A stretch of DNA of 64,000 nt from Candidatus Omnitrophota bacterium (GTDB taxonomy: Bacteria; Omnitrophota; Gorgyraeia; Duberdicusellales; 4484-171): NCBI GenBank assembly GCA_024231025.1, contig JAAEQW010000312.1, positions 3,238 to 67,237 of the forward strand. The letters run 5' to 3'. Position numbers and translations under genes: made by a program. This document shows, piece by piece, positions 47,530 through 57,532 of this stretch; within the stretch, counting starts at the first letter, position 1, and the number at the start of each line of letters is the position of its first letter. Under the pieces are notes generated by a model. The model had not been told where the DNA came from. It made no database searches and saw nothing but the letters and a program-made list of their open reading frames with translations.

Positions 47530-48927
47530 TCAACGTTTATTACTAATTTTGCGATACTTTTTAGGTAACTTAAAAATCTTATTCATTATATAGTAATTAT
47601 AGAGAATCTGTTTAATTTTTTTGTAAAATTTATTCGGCTTACTATTTTTTATTATAAATAAGCCAAGGTTGTAAAGCGGCCCCTTAAGTTTAGAGACCAA
47701 GCAACCCAAAAGAAAAATATTATAGCGAATGTCCTTTTCTTTCTCACTAAAACAACTTAAAGTTGAACGCCTAACGCATCCGGTCATATCATCGTTATAG
47801 TTTGATTTAATGCAGCCGTGTTTAATTGAATAATCATAAAGAGCAGTACCTTTCATCGGCACTGTAGTTGAAAAGTTTGAATAAGTAACTTTGGCCTGCT
47901 TGCTCATCTTTATTGTGTTTAAGTCATCTTCTAAGGTTGACTCCGGCGCAGCAAGCATATAATTTACCCAGGTATTTATTCCATAACTCTGTATCTTTCG
48001 TAAGGTCTCTACAATATTAATCTTACGCATTCGCCTTCCTAATACTTTCTCGCGTATGCGCTCTGAAACACTGTCAACCGAAAGATGCACCGAATAACAC
48101 CCAGCCTGCTTTAATAAGTTAAGAAGTTCATCGTCTACCGTATCCAAACGCAAAAAGCAATTAAATGGCAGGTTGATACGTTTTGCGTATTTTTGGCTGA
48201 ATTCCACAAACCATGAATCAGCCTTCATCGTAAAAAGATCGTCGCCAAACTTAATAAAAGTTGTTCGATAATTATTTTTTACTGACTCGATCTCCCGAAT
48301 AAGATTCTCAACCGGAAACCTGCGCACAATCGCCCCTTTACCTTTATAAAGATCATGGTAGTAATTATTACAGCAGTAAGAACACGTAAAAGGACAGCCC
48401 CTAGTTGCATAAAAAGTTTTCTTTGGTGTGTCTTTTAAAAAAGAATTAGATAAAACCAACTCTCGATCTGGACTAGGTAAAGTTGCCAAATCATCAATCA
48501 ATGGACGCACAGAGTTAGAAGCATTTTTTGTAATTAAGTTGGCAATATCATCAAATGGTTGGTTATTAATTACTCTTTGCAAGAAATCGCTAAACGCGCC
48601 TTCTCCTTCACCAACGCAATAAGCATCAACTCCCGATTCAGAAAAAGTCCAAGGGGAAAACGTCGGATGAGGACCACCCATAATCGATATAAAACTATTG
48701 CTTTCAATCGCTTTTTTATGAGCAGCAACAATATCCGAAAACCCCTGTATATTCACCGAATAAGCAACCACATCAGGTTTAATACGGGCAGCCTCTTTTG
48801 AAAGATCAGACGAATCTAGTGAGCAGAAAAATGTCTCACAATTAACGTTCTTGGCAACCGCCGATAAATAAGAAATCGCGATATGATCGGCAAAATCAAG
48901 TTGGGCAATACAAAATAATACTTTCAT
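47530..48927 (-). CDS. cobalamin-binding (class B) radical SAM enzyme, likely methyltransferase
   Basis: 465 aa, N-terminal B12-binding-like domain, radical SAM cluster motif ATRGCPFTCSYCCN. Confidence 0.75.
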   Translation of the reverse strand: MKVLFCIAQLDFADHIAISYLSAVAKNVNCETFFCSLDSSDLSKEAARIKPDVVAYSVNIQGFSDIVAAHKKAIESNSFISIMGGPHPTFSPWTFSESGVDAYCVGEGEGAFSDFLQRVINNQPFDDIANLITKNASNSVRPLIDDLATLPSPDRELVLSNSFLKDTPKKTFYATRGCPFTCSYCCNNYYHDLYKGKGAIVRRFPVENLIREIESVKNNYRTTFIKFGDDLFTMKADSWFVEFSQKYAKRINLPFNCFLRLDTVDDELLNLLKQAGCYSVHLSVDSVSERIREKVLGRRMRKINIVETLRKIQSYGINTWVNYMLAAPESTLEDDLNTIKMSKQAKVTYSNFSTTVPMKGTALYDYSIKHGCIKSNYNDDMTGCVRRSTLSCFSEKEKDIRYNIFLLGCLVSKLKGPLYNLGLFIIKNSKPNKFYKKIKQILYNYYIMNKIFKLPKKYRKISNKR

Positions 48928-48929
48928 TA

Positions 48930-49646
48930 TTAAAACTTAAGAATTTTGTCTAAAAAAGTAGAGGGCAAATGAAAAAACTCTTCAATTACGATTGAGAGTT
49001 CATTAAAGCCATTTTTGATGATACTTCGGCAACTCTTTCCGCCAATACGCGCGGGCTCATCTCCGCCAATTTCTGCTATCTTTAAACCATACGTAATTGC
49101 ACGAATATATGTTCGCGTTTCAACCGGACGACTTATAATCTTAATGTCAAGACGACTGTGTATATCTTTGCGAAAAGCACGATATATTCCCAAAAGATCG
49201 GTGCATTGCGCCTTAAACAGTGCCCGCACCAGCGCGCTAAACATCCAATTGCCAAAGCCGCTAATCAGAGTGTCGTCTTCACTTTTTGCCCCATCTTTAT
49301 ACCTTGAACAAACCACCATATCGTAGCCCTCTTTCATTTTAGCAATTAGCTGAGGGATTTTTTCCGGCAGGCAATTTCCATCGGGAGTGAAAAGTATAGT
49401 CACATCGCTAGTCACCGCCGCTAATCCTTCTTTATACCCGGCCATAACCCCTTTGCCCTTTTGAATTGTTACCTGATAACCTAAACTTTGAGCATACTCA
49501 ATACTGCCATCGGTTGAAGCACCATCAATAAAAATTATTTCATCCAACCACTCTTTTTTTATCCGCGGCAAAATCACCCTTAAGGCTTCTATTTCATTAA
49601 ACGATAAGATCACCAATGAAAATGTCATAACCTGCTCCGGTACCAT
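48930..49646 (-). CDS. GT2-family glycosyltransferase (dolichol/polyprenol-phosphate sugar synthase-like)
   Basis: 238 aa, GT-A N-terminus LVILSFNEIEALRVILPRI...IDGASTDGS, DxD-type region. Confidence 0.7.
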   Translation of the reverse strand: MVPEQVMTFSLVILSFNEIEALRVILPRIKKEWLDEIIFIDGASTDGSIEYAQSLGYQVTIQKGKGVMAGYKEGLAAVTSDVTILFTPDGNCLPEKIPQLIAKMKEGYDMVVCSRYKDGAKSEDDTLISGFGNWMFSALVRALFKAQCTDLLGIYRAFRKDIHSRLDIKIISRPVETRTYIRAITYGLKIAEIGGDEPARIGGKSCRSIIKNGFNELSIVIEEFFHLPSTFLDKILKF

Positions 49647-50581
49647 TCAATTGTCTTGGCAATTCCATCTTTAAGCGAAGTTTTTGCTTTAAAACCTAGC
49701 TTCTCTGCTTTTGATGTATCGATCAATCTTTTTGAAATCATCGTCGGCTTATCTTTATTAAAAACAATATTTGCTTTGAAACCTTCGACTTCTACAATAA
49801 TATCTAACGCCTGCCTTATTGAAACCGCCGTGGCAGTTGCAATATTTATCGGATCAAAACAGTCAATCTTCTCCATCGCGATAAGCGCACCATCAATGAA
49901 ATCATCAATAAAAATAAGGTCTTTTATGTCGCTGCCATCGCCCCACACCTCAACCGGATCGTGACGTTCAATAACTTTTCGCATCAGTGCCGGCAAGACA
50001 TGTGAGGTTTCCCACGCAAAATCATCAAACGGACCATAAATATTCGCCGGGCGTAAAACAACAACTTTCATTGGATTTTTAATTTTCTCAGCGTACATTC
50101 TGCACAAAACTTCACTAAACTGTTTCATCCACGCAACGCAATAATATTTTTCAAACACATCGCCGAAAACCATCTCTTCTTCTTTAACCGGATGCTCCAG
50201 CGCCGGATAAACAGTATTGCTGCTTATCCACAAAAATTTCTTAACACCCGCCTGATAAGCGCCGTCAAGCAATAGTGTGTTCATAATAATATTTGGAGTA
50301 ACATGCACCAGCGGAGTTTTTGCCATTACCCCCGCACCGGAAGTATTTGCCGCACACATAAAAACATAATCAACACCAGCGGTAACTCGTGCGCAATCAT
50401 CGCTTTTTGTTAGATCACAATTAACAACCTCGATCGCGGCATCGTGTATTTGCAAATCTCGATTGTGCCGAGTCACACGAACACGAGCACCACAATCAAT
50501 TAAACGCTTGGTTAAATTTGTACCAACAAACCCCGCTCCACCGGCAACTAATACTTTTTTATCTTTAAACATCTCCACCAT
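49625..50581 (-). CDS. NAD(P)-dependent epimerase/dehydratase family protein (sugar-nucleotide 4-reductase/epimerase)
   Basis: 318 aa, Rossmann KVLVAGGAGFVGTNL, SDR YxxxK region. Confidence 0.7.
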   Translation of the reverse strand: MVEMFKDKKVLVAGGAGFVGTNLTKRLIDCGARVRVTRHNRDLQIHDAAIEVVNCDLTKSDDCARVTAGVDYVFMCAANTSGAGVMAKTPLVHVTPNIIMNTLLLDGAYQAGVKKFLWISSNTVYPALEHPVKEEEMVFGDVFEKYYCVAWMKQFSEVLCRMYAEKIKNPMKVVVLRPANIYGPFDDFAWETSHVLPALMRKVIERHDPVEVWGDGSDIKDLIFIDDFIDGALIAMEKIDCFDPINIATATAVSIRQALDIIVEVEGFKANIVFNKDKPTMISKRLIDTSKAEKLGFKAKTSLKDGIAKTIEWYRSRL

Positions 50582-51122
50582 CTCTTTTTGAAAGTATTGG
50601 ATTCTCTAGCGGCCAGGTAATATTAAATCTTTTATCGTTCCACGCATAGGTAAATTGACTCTCTCGATTGTAATATGTAGTTTGCTTATAGTGAAAAATC
50701 ACTTTCTCTGTTAAGGCCAAATGAGCGTTGCCATATTTTGGCGGCACTAACACTTGCTGTCGATTGCTCCCAGAAAGCACAAACGACTGCCACTTACCGA
50801 AACTCTCTGATGCGCTATCGCAATTAACTACAACAAAATAAAATTCACCATAAAGGCATGATACAAGCTTATACGTTTTATCGTCGCCGTGAATCCCGCG
50901 TAATACTTTTCTTTTCGAAACTGAAATATCATCCTGAATAAACTCAACATCAATACCGTGCTCTTTATAAAGTCCTTTATTGAAAATTTCAACATAATGA
51001 CCGCGATGATCAACAAAAGCATCCGGCTCGATTAATAGCACTCCATCTAACTCAGTTTTTGATATTTTAATCATCTTTAAAATAATTTTTCTTAAACTTA
51101 TATTCGTCTTGATTTTTAACAA
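50565..51122 (-). CDS. RmlC-like cupin sugar-nucleotide 3,5-epimerase
   Basis: 185 aa dTDP-4-dehydrorhamnose 3,5-epimerase-fold signature (LLIEPDAFVDHRGHYVEIFN...RGIHGDD...). Confidence 0.75.
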   Translation of the reverse strand: MLKIKTNISLRKIILKMIKISKTELDGVLLIEPDAFVDHRGHYVEIFNKGLYKEHGIDVEFIQDDISVSKRKVLRGIHGDDKTYKLVSCLYGEFYFVVVNCDSASESFGKWQSFVLSGSNRQQVLVPPKYGNAHLALTEKVIFHYKQTTYYNRESQFTYAWNDKRFNITWPLENPILSKRDGGDV

Positions 51123-52050
51123 ACCACTCCCAGGTTTGTTTCAATCCATCCAATAGCGACGTAGAAGGTTGATAGCCGATTAGTTTTTGAGCAAGTGAAA
51201 TATCCATAACTCTTTTTGGAAAACCGCCTTTTTTTGATACATCAAACTCATAGTTAAAATCTAAAAAGCTTGCCAGCGCTTGAACCAACTCCTTTATTGA
51301 ATACCCTTTTCCGCTGCCTAAATTAACAAATCCCGACTTTGTGCCATGATATAGTGCCAAAATAACGCCTTCTGCAACATCTCGACTATAGGCAAAATCA
51401 CGAATCGCACTGCCATCACCCCAAACCATTACCGGATCGCACTTATTATATATCTTACTCATTAATGATGGTATAACCATTGCATTGTCTGGATCAAAAT
51501 TGTCACCGGGCCCATAAACGTTGCACGGTCTAACAATTGAGAAATTATTCAAGCCATATTGAATTTGATAAGCTTTTACCTGCAATTCAGCCATACGCTT
51601 GGCCCAACCGGGAAACATGTCCATTGGAGGGCCGGTGGCTTCTTCTTCTTTAAAGACTTCGGCACTGGCATAGGCCCCAATTGAACTTGTATAAACTGTT
51701 TTTTTAACATTGCTAATTCGACAAGCTTCCAAAACGTTTGCATTCAGCATTAAAAGCGGCACAAAAAAGCTTGCGGGCTTATTTCTGGTTACATCGATTG
51801 AACCTTTGATTCCCGCTAAGTGAAAAACAAAATCAAAGTCACGAATCACTTTTTTGCAAAATGAAAAATCGGTTAAATCGCCAATAATATGTTCGACGCA
51901 ATTATTTACCTTTAACTCATCTAAAGAAATAATTACAACGCATGCGCCGCTACCAACAAGGATATCAACAACTTGCCGACCGATTAGCCCGGTACCGCCG
52001 GTAACTAAAACATTTTTGCCTGAAAAACTACTTAAAATTTCTTCTTTCAT
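51067..52050 (-). CDS. NAD(P)-dependent epimerase/dehydratase family protein
   Basis: 327 aa, Rossmann NVLVTGGTGLIG, SDR catalytic YxxxK (YASAEVFKEE region). Confidence 0.7.
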   Translation of the reverse strand: MKEEILSSFSGKNVLVTGGTGLIGRQVVDILVGSGACVVIISLDELKVNNCVEHIIGDLTDFSFCKKVIRDFDFVFHLAGIKGSIDVTRNKPASFFVPLLMLNANVLEACRISNVKKTVYTSSIGAYASAEVFKEEEATGPPMDMFPGWAKRMAELQVKAYQIQYGLNNFSIVRPCNVYGPGDNFDPDNAMVIPSLMSKIYNKCDPVMVWGDGSAIRDFAYSRDVAEGVILALYHGTKSGFVNLGSGKGYSIKELVQALASFLDFNYEFDVSKKGGFPKRVMDISLAQKLIGYQPSTSLLDGLKQTWEWFVKNQDEYKFKKNYFKDD

Positions 52051-52052
52051 TA

Positions 52053-52814
52053 TTACTCAACAATAAAATAAGATACTCGTGAAGCATATAAGCAACGCTT
52101 CAGAGAAATATTGTTCAATCCGAAAACTTCCATTAATGCTTTCGTTTCACCGGGAGAATCATGGTCATTAAGCTCATCAAAACCAATAACACTACCTTTA
52201 ACCAAGCGCGGCTTTATTGCCTCAAGGCAAGCCTTAGTTGGCTCATATAAATCAAAATCAAAATAGGCCAAAGCAACGATTGTTTCAGGATATTCTTTTA
52301 GATAATCAACAATTCCGCCAATCGCATCACCAACAACAAAATCATACTTCTTAATGTGACTTAAGGGATTGTCACCCTCTTGGCAATCCATAATTTGAGT
52401 TAAATACTCAAGATAATTATCGCTAACTCCAACGTTACCGGCTTTAATCATCTCTGAATTACCATCTTCTTTGGCAACGCCAGGAAACCCTTTAAATGTG
52501 TCGAAGCCAATAATTTTTTTATGTCGGTTATATGGCTCATAAATGGCCCGCATTGCTGCAAACAAAGACATATTTTGCCCCCAACGAGTACCGAAATCCA
52601 TAACTACACCTTGCACGTCCACAGCTTGACGATACAAAAAGTCCATAAATAAAATGCGTGACAAGACCTTTGAATTAAGAAATAACCCAAGATTTGGCAT
52701 TATTGCATCATCCGGTAATGGGCTTTTTTTGAAAAGTTCTACAAATTTTTGCCTTACTGTATTTTCGTGTTCACTCGCGTAATTCATTCCGCCATAAGTA
52801 ACCTGCTGTGCCAT
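52053..52814 (-). CDS. TylF/MycF-family SAM-dependent sugar O-methyltransferase
   Basis: 253 aa, motifs GVVMDFGTRWGQ and GFDTFKGFP characteristic of macrocin-O-methyltransferase-like enzymes. Confidence 0.65.
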   Translation of the reverse strand: MAQQVTYGGMNYASEHENTVRQKFVELFKKSPLPDDAIMPNLGLFLNSKVLSRILFMDFLYRQAVDVQGVVMDFGTRWGQNMSLFAAMRAIYEPYNRHKKIIGFDTFKGFPGVAKEDGNSEMIKAGNVGVSDNYLEYLTQIMDCQEGDNPLSHIKKYDFVVGDAIGGIVDYLKEYPETIVALAYFDFDLYEPTKACLEAIKPRLVKGSVIGFDELNDHDSPGETKALMEVFGLNNISLKRCLYASRVSYFIVE

Positions 52815-52824
52815 TGTTCCTCCC

Positions 52825-53748
52825 TTATTTAAAAAAATTATTCGCTTCTTCTTTTATGCTTTCAAAGCCAAGACCGAAATTATCTCTAATAATTTCACGC
52901 CCGCCATACTTATAACAACTTTCATACCCCGCTCTTGCGTTTAAGCCCAATCTTTTTACGGAAATTTTTATATCACAATCGTTAAACAACTCACACACCG
53001 CACTGCCCATCCCTCCGGCAAGAAAATGCTCCTCAAGAGTAATTATTTTTTCAACTCCGTTAATTGCCTCAATAAACGCCTCTCGATTAATTGGTATCTG
53101 AAAAAGATCAATAACGCCATAGTCGCTAGCGGCAATTTCGCAAGCACTATGCACCATTGCCCCAGTTGCAACAATCATTTTGCGCCCTTCTTTAATTTTA
53201 TTTAATCCACTTGAAAAATCAGCTCCCGCTGAATAAACATCATCATGGAAATCCTTATCTAGACGTATATAATTTGTTACGCTGGAATTAGCAGCAATAC
53301 TAACCAAAGAAGCGGCCATGATGTTGTCGGTTGTATTAAGTATATTAATCCCTGGAAAACTGCGCATTATCGCAACATCTTCGATCAAATGATGAGTTGG
53401 GCCATCGCTATGATAACCTAATCCAACCCCCATACCAACAATCGTTATTGGAATTTCATTAATACAGCTATTAACCCTAATCTGCTCAAGACAGCGCAAA
53501 GTAATAAACGGTGCTATCGCATAACAAAAAACTTTCTTACCTTCTTTAGCAAGCCCTGATGCAATAAGAATTGCGTTTTGCTCGGCAATACCAACATTAA
53601 CAAACTGCATAGGTAAATCACGGCGAAATTTATCAAGTGCCGGAGCGCTCATATCGGCCGAAACAATGATGACGTCTCGATCGACTCTTGCTAATTCATA
53701 TACTCGATCAAAAAATACATCGCGTTGTGTTTTATTGGCCATCTTCAT
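52825..53748 (-). CDS. transketolase, C-terminal (pyrimidine-binding) subunit of a split transketolase
   Basis: 307 aa, Pyr plus C-terminal domains (GIAEQNAILIASGLA, ITLEEHFLAGGMGSAV). Confidence 0.8.
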   Translation of the reverse strand: MKMANKTQRDVFFDRVYELARVDRDVIIVSADMSAPALDKFRRDLPMQFVNVGIAEQNAILIASGLAKEGKKVFCYAIAPFITLRCLEQIRVNSCINEIPITIVGMGVGLGYHSDGPTHHLIEDVAIMRSFPGINILNTTDNIMAASLVSIAANSSVTNYIRLDKDFHDDVYSAGADFSSGLNKIKEGRKMIVATGAMVHSACEIAASDYGVIDLFQIPINREAFIEAINGVEKIITLEEHFLAGGMGSAVCELFNDCDIKISVKRLGLNARAGYESCYKYGGREIIRDNFGLGFESIKEEANNFFK

Positions 53749-54640
53749 ACCTCCTCTTTAAGTCGGCAATACATTGGGTAGCGACTTTATTGCCAGGAGC
53801 ACAGCCATGCCATAGCGGATCGTAACACAAACTTTTAACCCCCTTACCCTTAACTGTATCGGCAATAATTACCGTCGGTTTAGCAGAACTATGCGAGCGA
53901 AGCGGTTCAATCGCTGCTAAAATTTCTTCAAAACAATGGCCGTTAATGCGAATGACGCCGAATCCAAATGATTTCCACTTATCTTCCATCGGCTCAAGCG
54001 CAACCAAATCTTCCGTAAAATCAGTAACACACAAGAAGTTTCGATCAACTATCGTAATAAGATTATTAAGATTATTGTGACTGGCAAACATTGCGGTTTC
54101 CCAAATTGAACCCTCATAACACTCACCATCACCTAAAATAGCAAACACATTGTGCAACTCTCTATTCATTTTGGCACTTAAAGCCATGCCCGCAGCTACA
54201 CCATAGCCCTGACCCAACGAACCAACAGTAAGTTCCACCCCAGGCACACTTTTTTGCAAATGTACCGCGAGCTTACCGTCAAGCTTGGTAAAGCCCTTTA
54301 AGTCCGCCTTATCAAAAAACCCAAGATCAGCTAAAATCGTATAAAGCGCAGGACTCGCTTGCCCCTTGCTTAATACTAGCCGATCTCGATTAAAAGAGTC
54401 CGGGCATTTTGCATCAAAGCGCATAAGATCCGCATAATAAAGCGCAACTAAAATGTCAACGCACGAAAGGCAAGACGTAACATGCCCCTTACCGGCGTTA
54501 ATGCACATCTCAAGCATTGCTTTACGGATTTCAAAAGACTTAGCGTAAAGACGACTGTTTTTCTTTTCTTTTCGGTTAAAAAGGCCCTTTAAATTTATTT
54601 TCATAAGTGTAAAAATCCTCTCCCGATAAATCGGTTTCAT
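53732..54640 (-). CDS. transketolase, N-terminal (TPP-binding) subunit of a split transketolase
   Basis: 302 aa (start may be the internal Met near 54604), GKGHVTSCLS and GDGECYEGSIWE TPP-binding motifs. Confidence 0.8.
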   Translation of the reverse strand: MKPIYRERIFTLMKINLKGLFNRKEKKNSRLYAKSFEIRKAMLEMCINAGKGHVTSCLSCVDILVALYYADLMRFDAKCPDSFNRDRLVLSKGQASPALYTILADLGFFDKADLKGFTKLDGKLAVHLQKSVPGVELTVGSLGQGYGVAAGMALSAKMNRELHNVFAILGDGECYEGSIWETAMFASHNNLNNLITIVDRNFLCVTDFTEDLVALEPMEDKWKSFGFGVIRINGHCFEEILAAIEPLRSHSSAKPTVIIADTVKGKGVKSLCYDPLWHGCAPGNKVATQCIADLKRRYEDGQ

Positions 54641-55610
54641 CTATTGCCAATTTTTCTTCGATAGCGCGAATAATATTAACCGCGTTAGGATAAAAACGAT
54701 CCTCCAACGGACGAGCGCACGGACAAGGCGAAAAAGCAAAACCAATTCGCTTAACCGGACTTTTCAAATTATCAAAAGACTTTTCACTAATTACCGCGGC
54801 CAGCTCAGCACCAAAACCGCAATGAACCCAATCGTTATCGGCAACAATGCAATGACCCGTTTTATTTACTGAATCGATGAGTGTTTGTTCGTCTAACGGA
54901 GTTAAGGTAATTGGATCAACTACTTCAACTTCAATGCCTCGTTTTTGTAAAATTTCTGCCGCTTTTATGGCTTCAACATTCATCCATGAAGTCGCGATAA
55001 CGCTAATGTCTTTGCCACAACGCAGGACCTTTGCTTTCCCTAAAGACGATTGATGATCATTAATTGGACCGCATATATCATAAAGCCAGCGATGTTCAAA
55101 AATAATAACCGGACTATCATCACGAATCGCCGCAATCAATGTATGTTTTGCATCGTTTGGCGTTGAGGGCATCGCTACCTTTAGCCCCGGAATATGGGCA
55201 AAACACGAATGCATAGATTTGCTATGCTGAAAAGCCTGCCCCCAGCCTCTGCCAATAATTGCTCGTATAACCATCGGTACTTTTAAGGTACCATTAGTCG
55301 CGTATCGATAGCTTGAAACCATGTTTGCCAACTGATTCATTGCAAGAAGCAAAAAATCAACCCGCATATGAGTGTGAATTGGACGCAATCCACACAAAGC
55401 CGCGCCCAATCCAAAGCCAGTCATCGCATCCTCCGATAAAGGCGTGCTAAAGCAGCGCTTTGGCCCAAACTTATCAAGTATTCCTTTTGTGCTACCGAAA
55501 ATGTTTTTATGGTCGGCAACATCAATACCATAAGTAAAAACCGAAGGATCGCGTTCCATCTCGCTAAACAATGCCTCATTTATTGCTTCGCGATAAGTTA
55601 ACTCTCTCAC
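54576..55610 (-). CDS. 2-oxoacid dehydrogenase E1 component beta-subunit homolog (TPP enzyme, transketolase-like Pyr/C domains)
   Basis: 344 aa, E1-beta-like N-terminus MRELTYREAINEALFSEMERDP...GIDVA. Confidence 0.8.
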   Translation of the reverse strand: MRELTYREAINEALFSEMERDPSVFTYGIDVADHKNIFGSTKGILDKFGPKRCFSTPLSEDAMTGFGLGAALCGLRPIHTHMRVDFLLLAMNQLANMVSSYRYATNGTLKVPMVIRAIIGRGWGQAFQHSKSMHSCFAHIPGLKVAMPSTPNDAKHTLIAAIRDDSPVIIFEHRWLYDICGPINDHQSSLGKAKVLRCGKDISVIATSWMNVEAIKAAEILQKRGIEVEVVDPITLTPLDEQTLIDSVNKTGHCIVADNDWVHCGFGAELAAVISEKSFDNLKSPVKRIGFAFSPCPCARPLEDRFYPNAVNIIRAIEEKLAIDETDLSGEDFYTYENKFKGPF

Positions 55611-56539
55611 TATACCACTTCCTTTAGCAAAATGTCATCGCTGGGAAATGGACTTTGCTTTGACTTTTTAATTGATTCCTCCACCTGAATATCGATTTCT
55701 TTTTCGATCAGTTCTGGCGCAGTTATTTTTTTTCTTTGCAACAATATTGGATCTCGCTTCTGCCAACTTTCGAAATCTTCGCGCTTTCGATATCCGGCAT
55801 CGAAATCTTCATTTACACCAACGTGCTCAAGATAGCGATAGTATTTTAAATGAAGAAAACACGGCAACTGCTTTTCATTAGAAAGCTTAATTGCCTCTAG
55901 TGTTAATTTATAAATAACTTCAGCATCGGTAGAATCACTTGATAAAACAACGCAATTAAATTGCGAAACAATATTGGTAATTTTATCATAACCGCAGCGA
56001 CTAGCACTCGGAGTATGGACAGCAAAACCGTTGTCTTCGCAAACAAAAAGAATTGGTAATTTCATAAGGCAGGCAACATTTAGGCTCTCCCAGAATACCC
56101 CTTCATCAATTGCACCATCACCAAAAAACACTGCTGTTTTTTTATTACTATTAGCATACTTATTAGCAAATTCAGCACCGACCGCAACCGGAATAATACT
56201 TGCAACAATTGCCGAAGTCCCCATAACCCCTTTAGACGGCGCACAAAGATGCATTGAACCGCCCTTGCCTTGCAACAAAGCTGATCCTCTGCCATATATT
56301 TCAGCAAAAAAATCATCGCTATTGCCGGTTTTAGCCAAATAAAGAGCGTGCGAACGATAAGTGCCGAACACCTGAGCATTATCGCCTAAAGCAAGGCACA
56401 CACCCGCTGAGATTGCCTCTGCCCCCATCGACATATGCATTGGCGTTTTCATAGCATCATCACCGTAGTCATCGATGATCCTCTGTTCACAACGCCGAAT
56501 TAAATAAAGTTTTTTATAAAGAAGGGTGTTTACGTCCAT
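55610..56539 (-). CDS. 2-oxoacid dehydrogenase E1 component alpha-subunit homolog (TPP-binding)
   Basis: 309 aa, TPP motif GDGAIDEGVFWESLN; no E2/E3 genes nearby. Confidence 0.8.
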   Translation of the reverse strand: MDVNTLLYKKLYLIRRCEQRIIDDYGDDAMKTPMHMSMGAEAISAGVCLALGDNAQVFGTYRSHALYLAKTGNSDDFFAEIYGRGSALLQGKGGSMHLCAPSKGVMGTSAIVASIIPVAVGAEFANKYANSNKKTAVFFGDGAIDEGVFWESLNVACLMKLPILFVCEDNGFAVHTPSASRCGYDKITNIVSQFNCVVLSSDSTDAEVIYKLTLEAIKLSNEKQLPCFLHLKYYRYLEHVGVNEDFDAGYRKREDFESWQKRDPILLQRKKITAPELIEKEIDIQVEESIKKSKQSPFPSDDILLKEVV

Positions 56540-56542
56540 AAA

Positions 56543-57532
56543 CTATTTAACAATGGTTACTGCCTTCCAAGGTGATACTTCTAGTTCCTTTCGCCAAAAT
56601 TGGAGCATGTCTTCGGCAGTTTTCTCGGGAGAAATCTGAGGGCTCCAGCCTGTAATGCTGGTAAATTTGTCAATGCATGGGATTTGTGAAGTAACATCAC
56701 TTGGCCTTAGCAAATTAGGATCAACCTTGATCTCGCACTTTACTTTAGCATGGGCCAATAACATATCTAAAACTTCGCCAACTTTCATAGTTCTGTTGCC
56801 ACCAATATTATAAACATCTCCTGCCGTACACTTATTAACCAAAAGCCAATAGGCCTTTACCGCGTCTCTAACGTCGCAAATCGTTCTTACTGAATCTAGA
56901 TTGCCAACAGAAATAACCGGATCCTTTAATTTTAGCTCTGAGGCAGCAATTTGTTTGGCAAAAAATGATGCAAAAAATACATCACCCCTGCGCGGTCCGG
57001 TATGCGTAAACATTCTAGTTCTAATTGTTTTTAATTTATGAGTTAGCCAATACTGCAAAGCAATCATGTCCTCGCCCACTTTACTTACTGCATACGGTGA
57101 TGCCGGACGAAATGGACAATCTTCAGTTATTGGCACGTTTTCCTTTGCTACCTGGCCGTACACTTCCGAAGATGAACACACATGAATGATCGGATCAATT
57201 CCGTTGATGCGCACAGCCTCTAAGAGGTTTGTTGTGCCGATAACATTAGTCCAAAGGGTTTGCGTCGGTGCGTTAAAACTACTTAGCACATAGCTTTGTG
57301 CGGCCAAATGAAAAATTACATCAGGTTTGATCGCATCAATTTGACGAATAAGCGAACCCAAATCACTTAAATCGGCATCAAAAAGATTAATTTTATCATA
57401 TACCTGCGATAAATTTTCACGATTACTGCGCCAACGACAAAGCCCAAAAATCTCATGATCACCTAATGACAGCAAATACTCTGCCAAATGGCTCCCAACA
57501 AATCCAGTTACACCGGTTATCAGAATTTTCAT
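56543..57532 (-). CDS. NDP-sugar 4,6-dehydratase (GDP-mannose/GDP-heptose 4,6-dehydratase Gmd/DmhA-like)
   Basis: 329 aa, Rossmann ILITGVTGFVGSHL, NVIGTTNLLEAVR, and Gmd-like FTHTGPRRGDVF..SFFAKQI segment (compare NHESPRRGETFVTRKI). Confidence 0.65.
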   Translation of the reverse strand: MKILITGVTGFVGSHLAEYLLSLGDHEIFGLCRWRSNRENLSQVYDKINLFDADLSDLGSLIRQIDAIKPDVIFHLAAQSYVLSSFNAPTQTLWTNVIGTTNLLEAVRINGIDPIIHVCSSSEVYGQVAKENVPITEDCPFRPASPYAVSKVGEDMIALQYWLTHKLKTIRTRMFTHTGPRRGDVFFASFFAKQIAASELKLKDPVISVGNLDSVRTICDVRDAVKAYWLLVNKCTAGDVYNIGGNRTMKVGEVLDMLLAHAKVKCEIKVDPNLLRPSDVTSQIPCIDKFTSITGWSPQISPEKTAEDMLQFWRKELEVSPWKAVTIVK

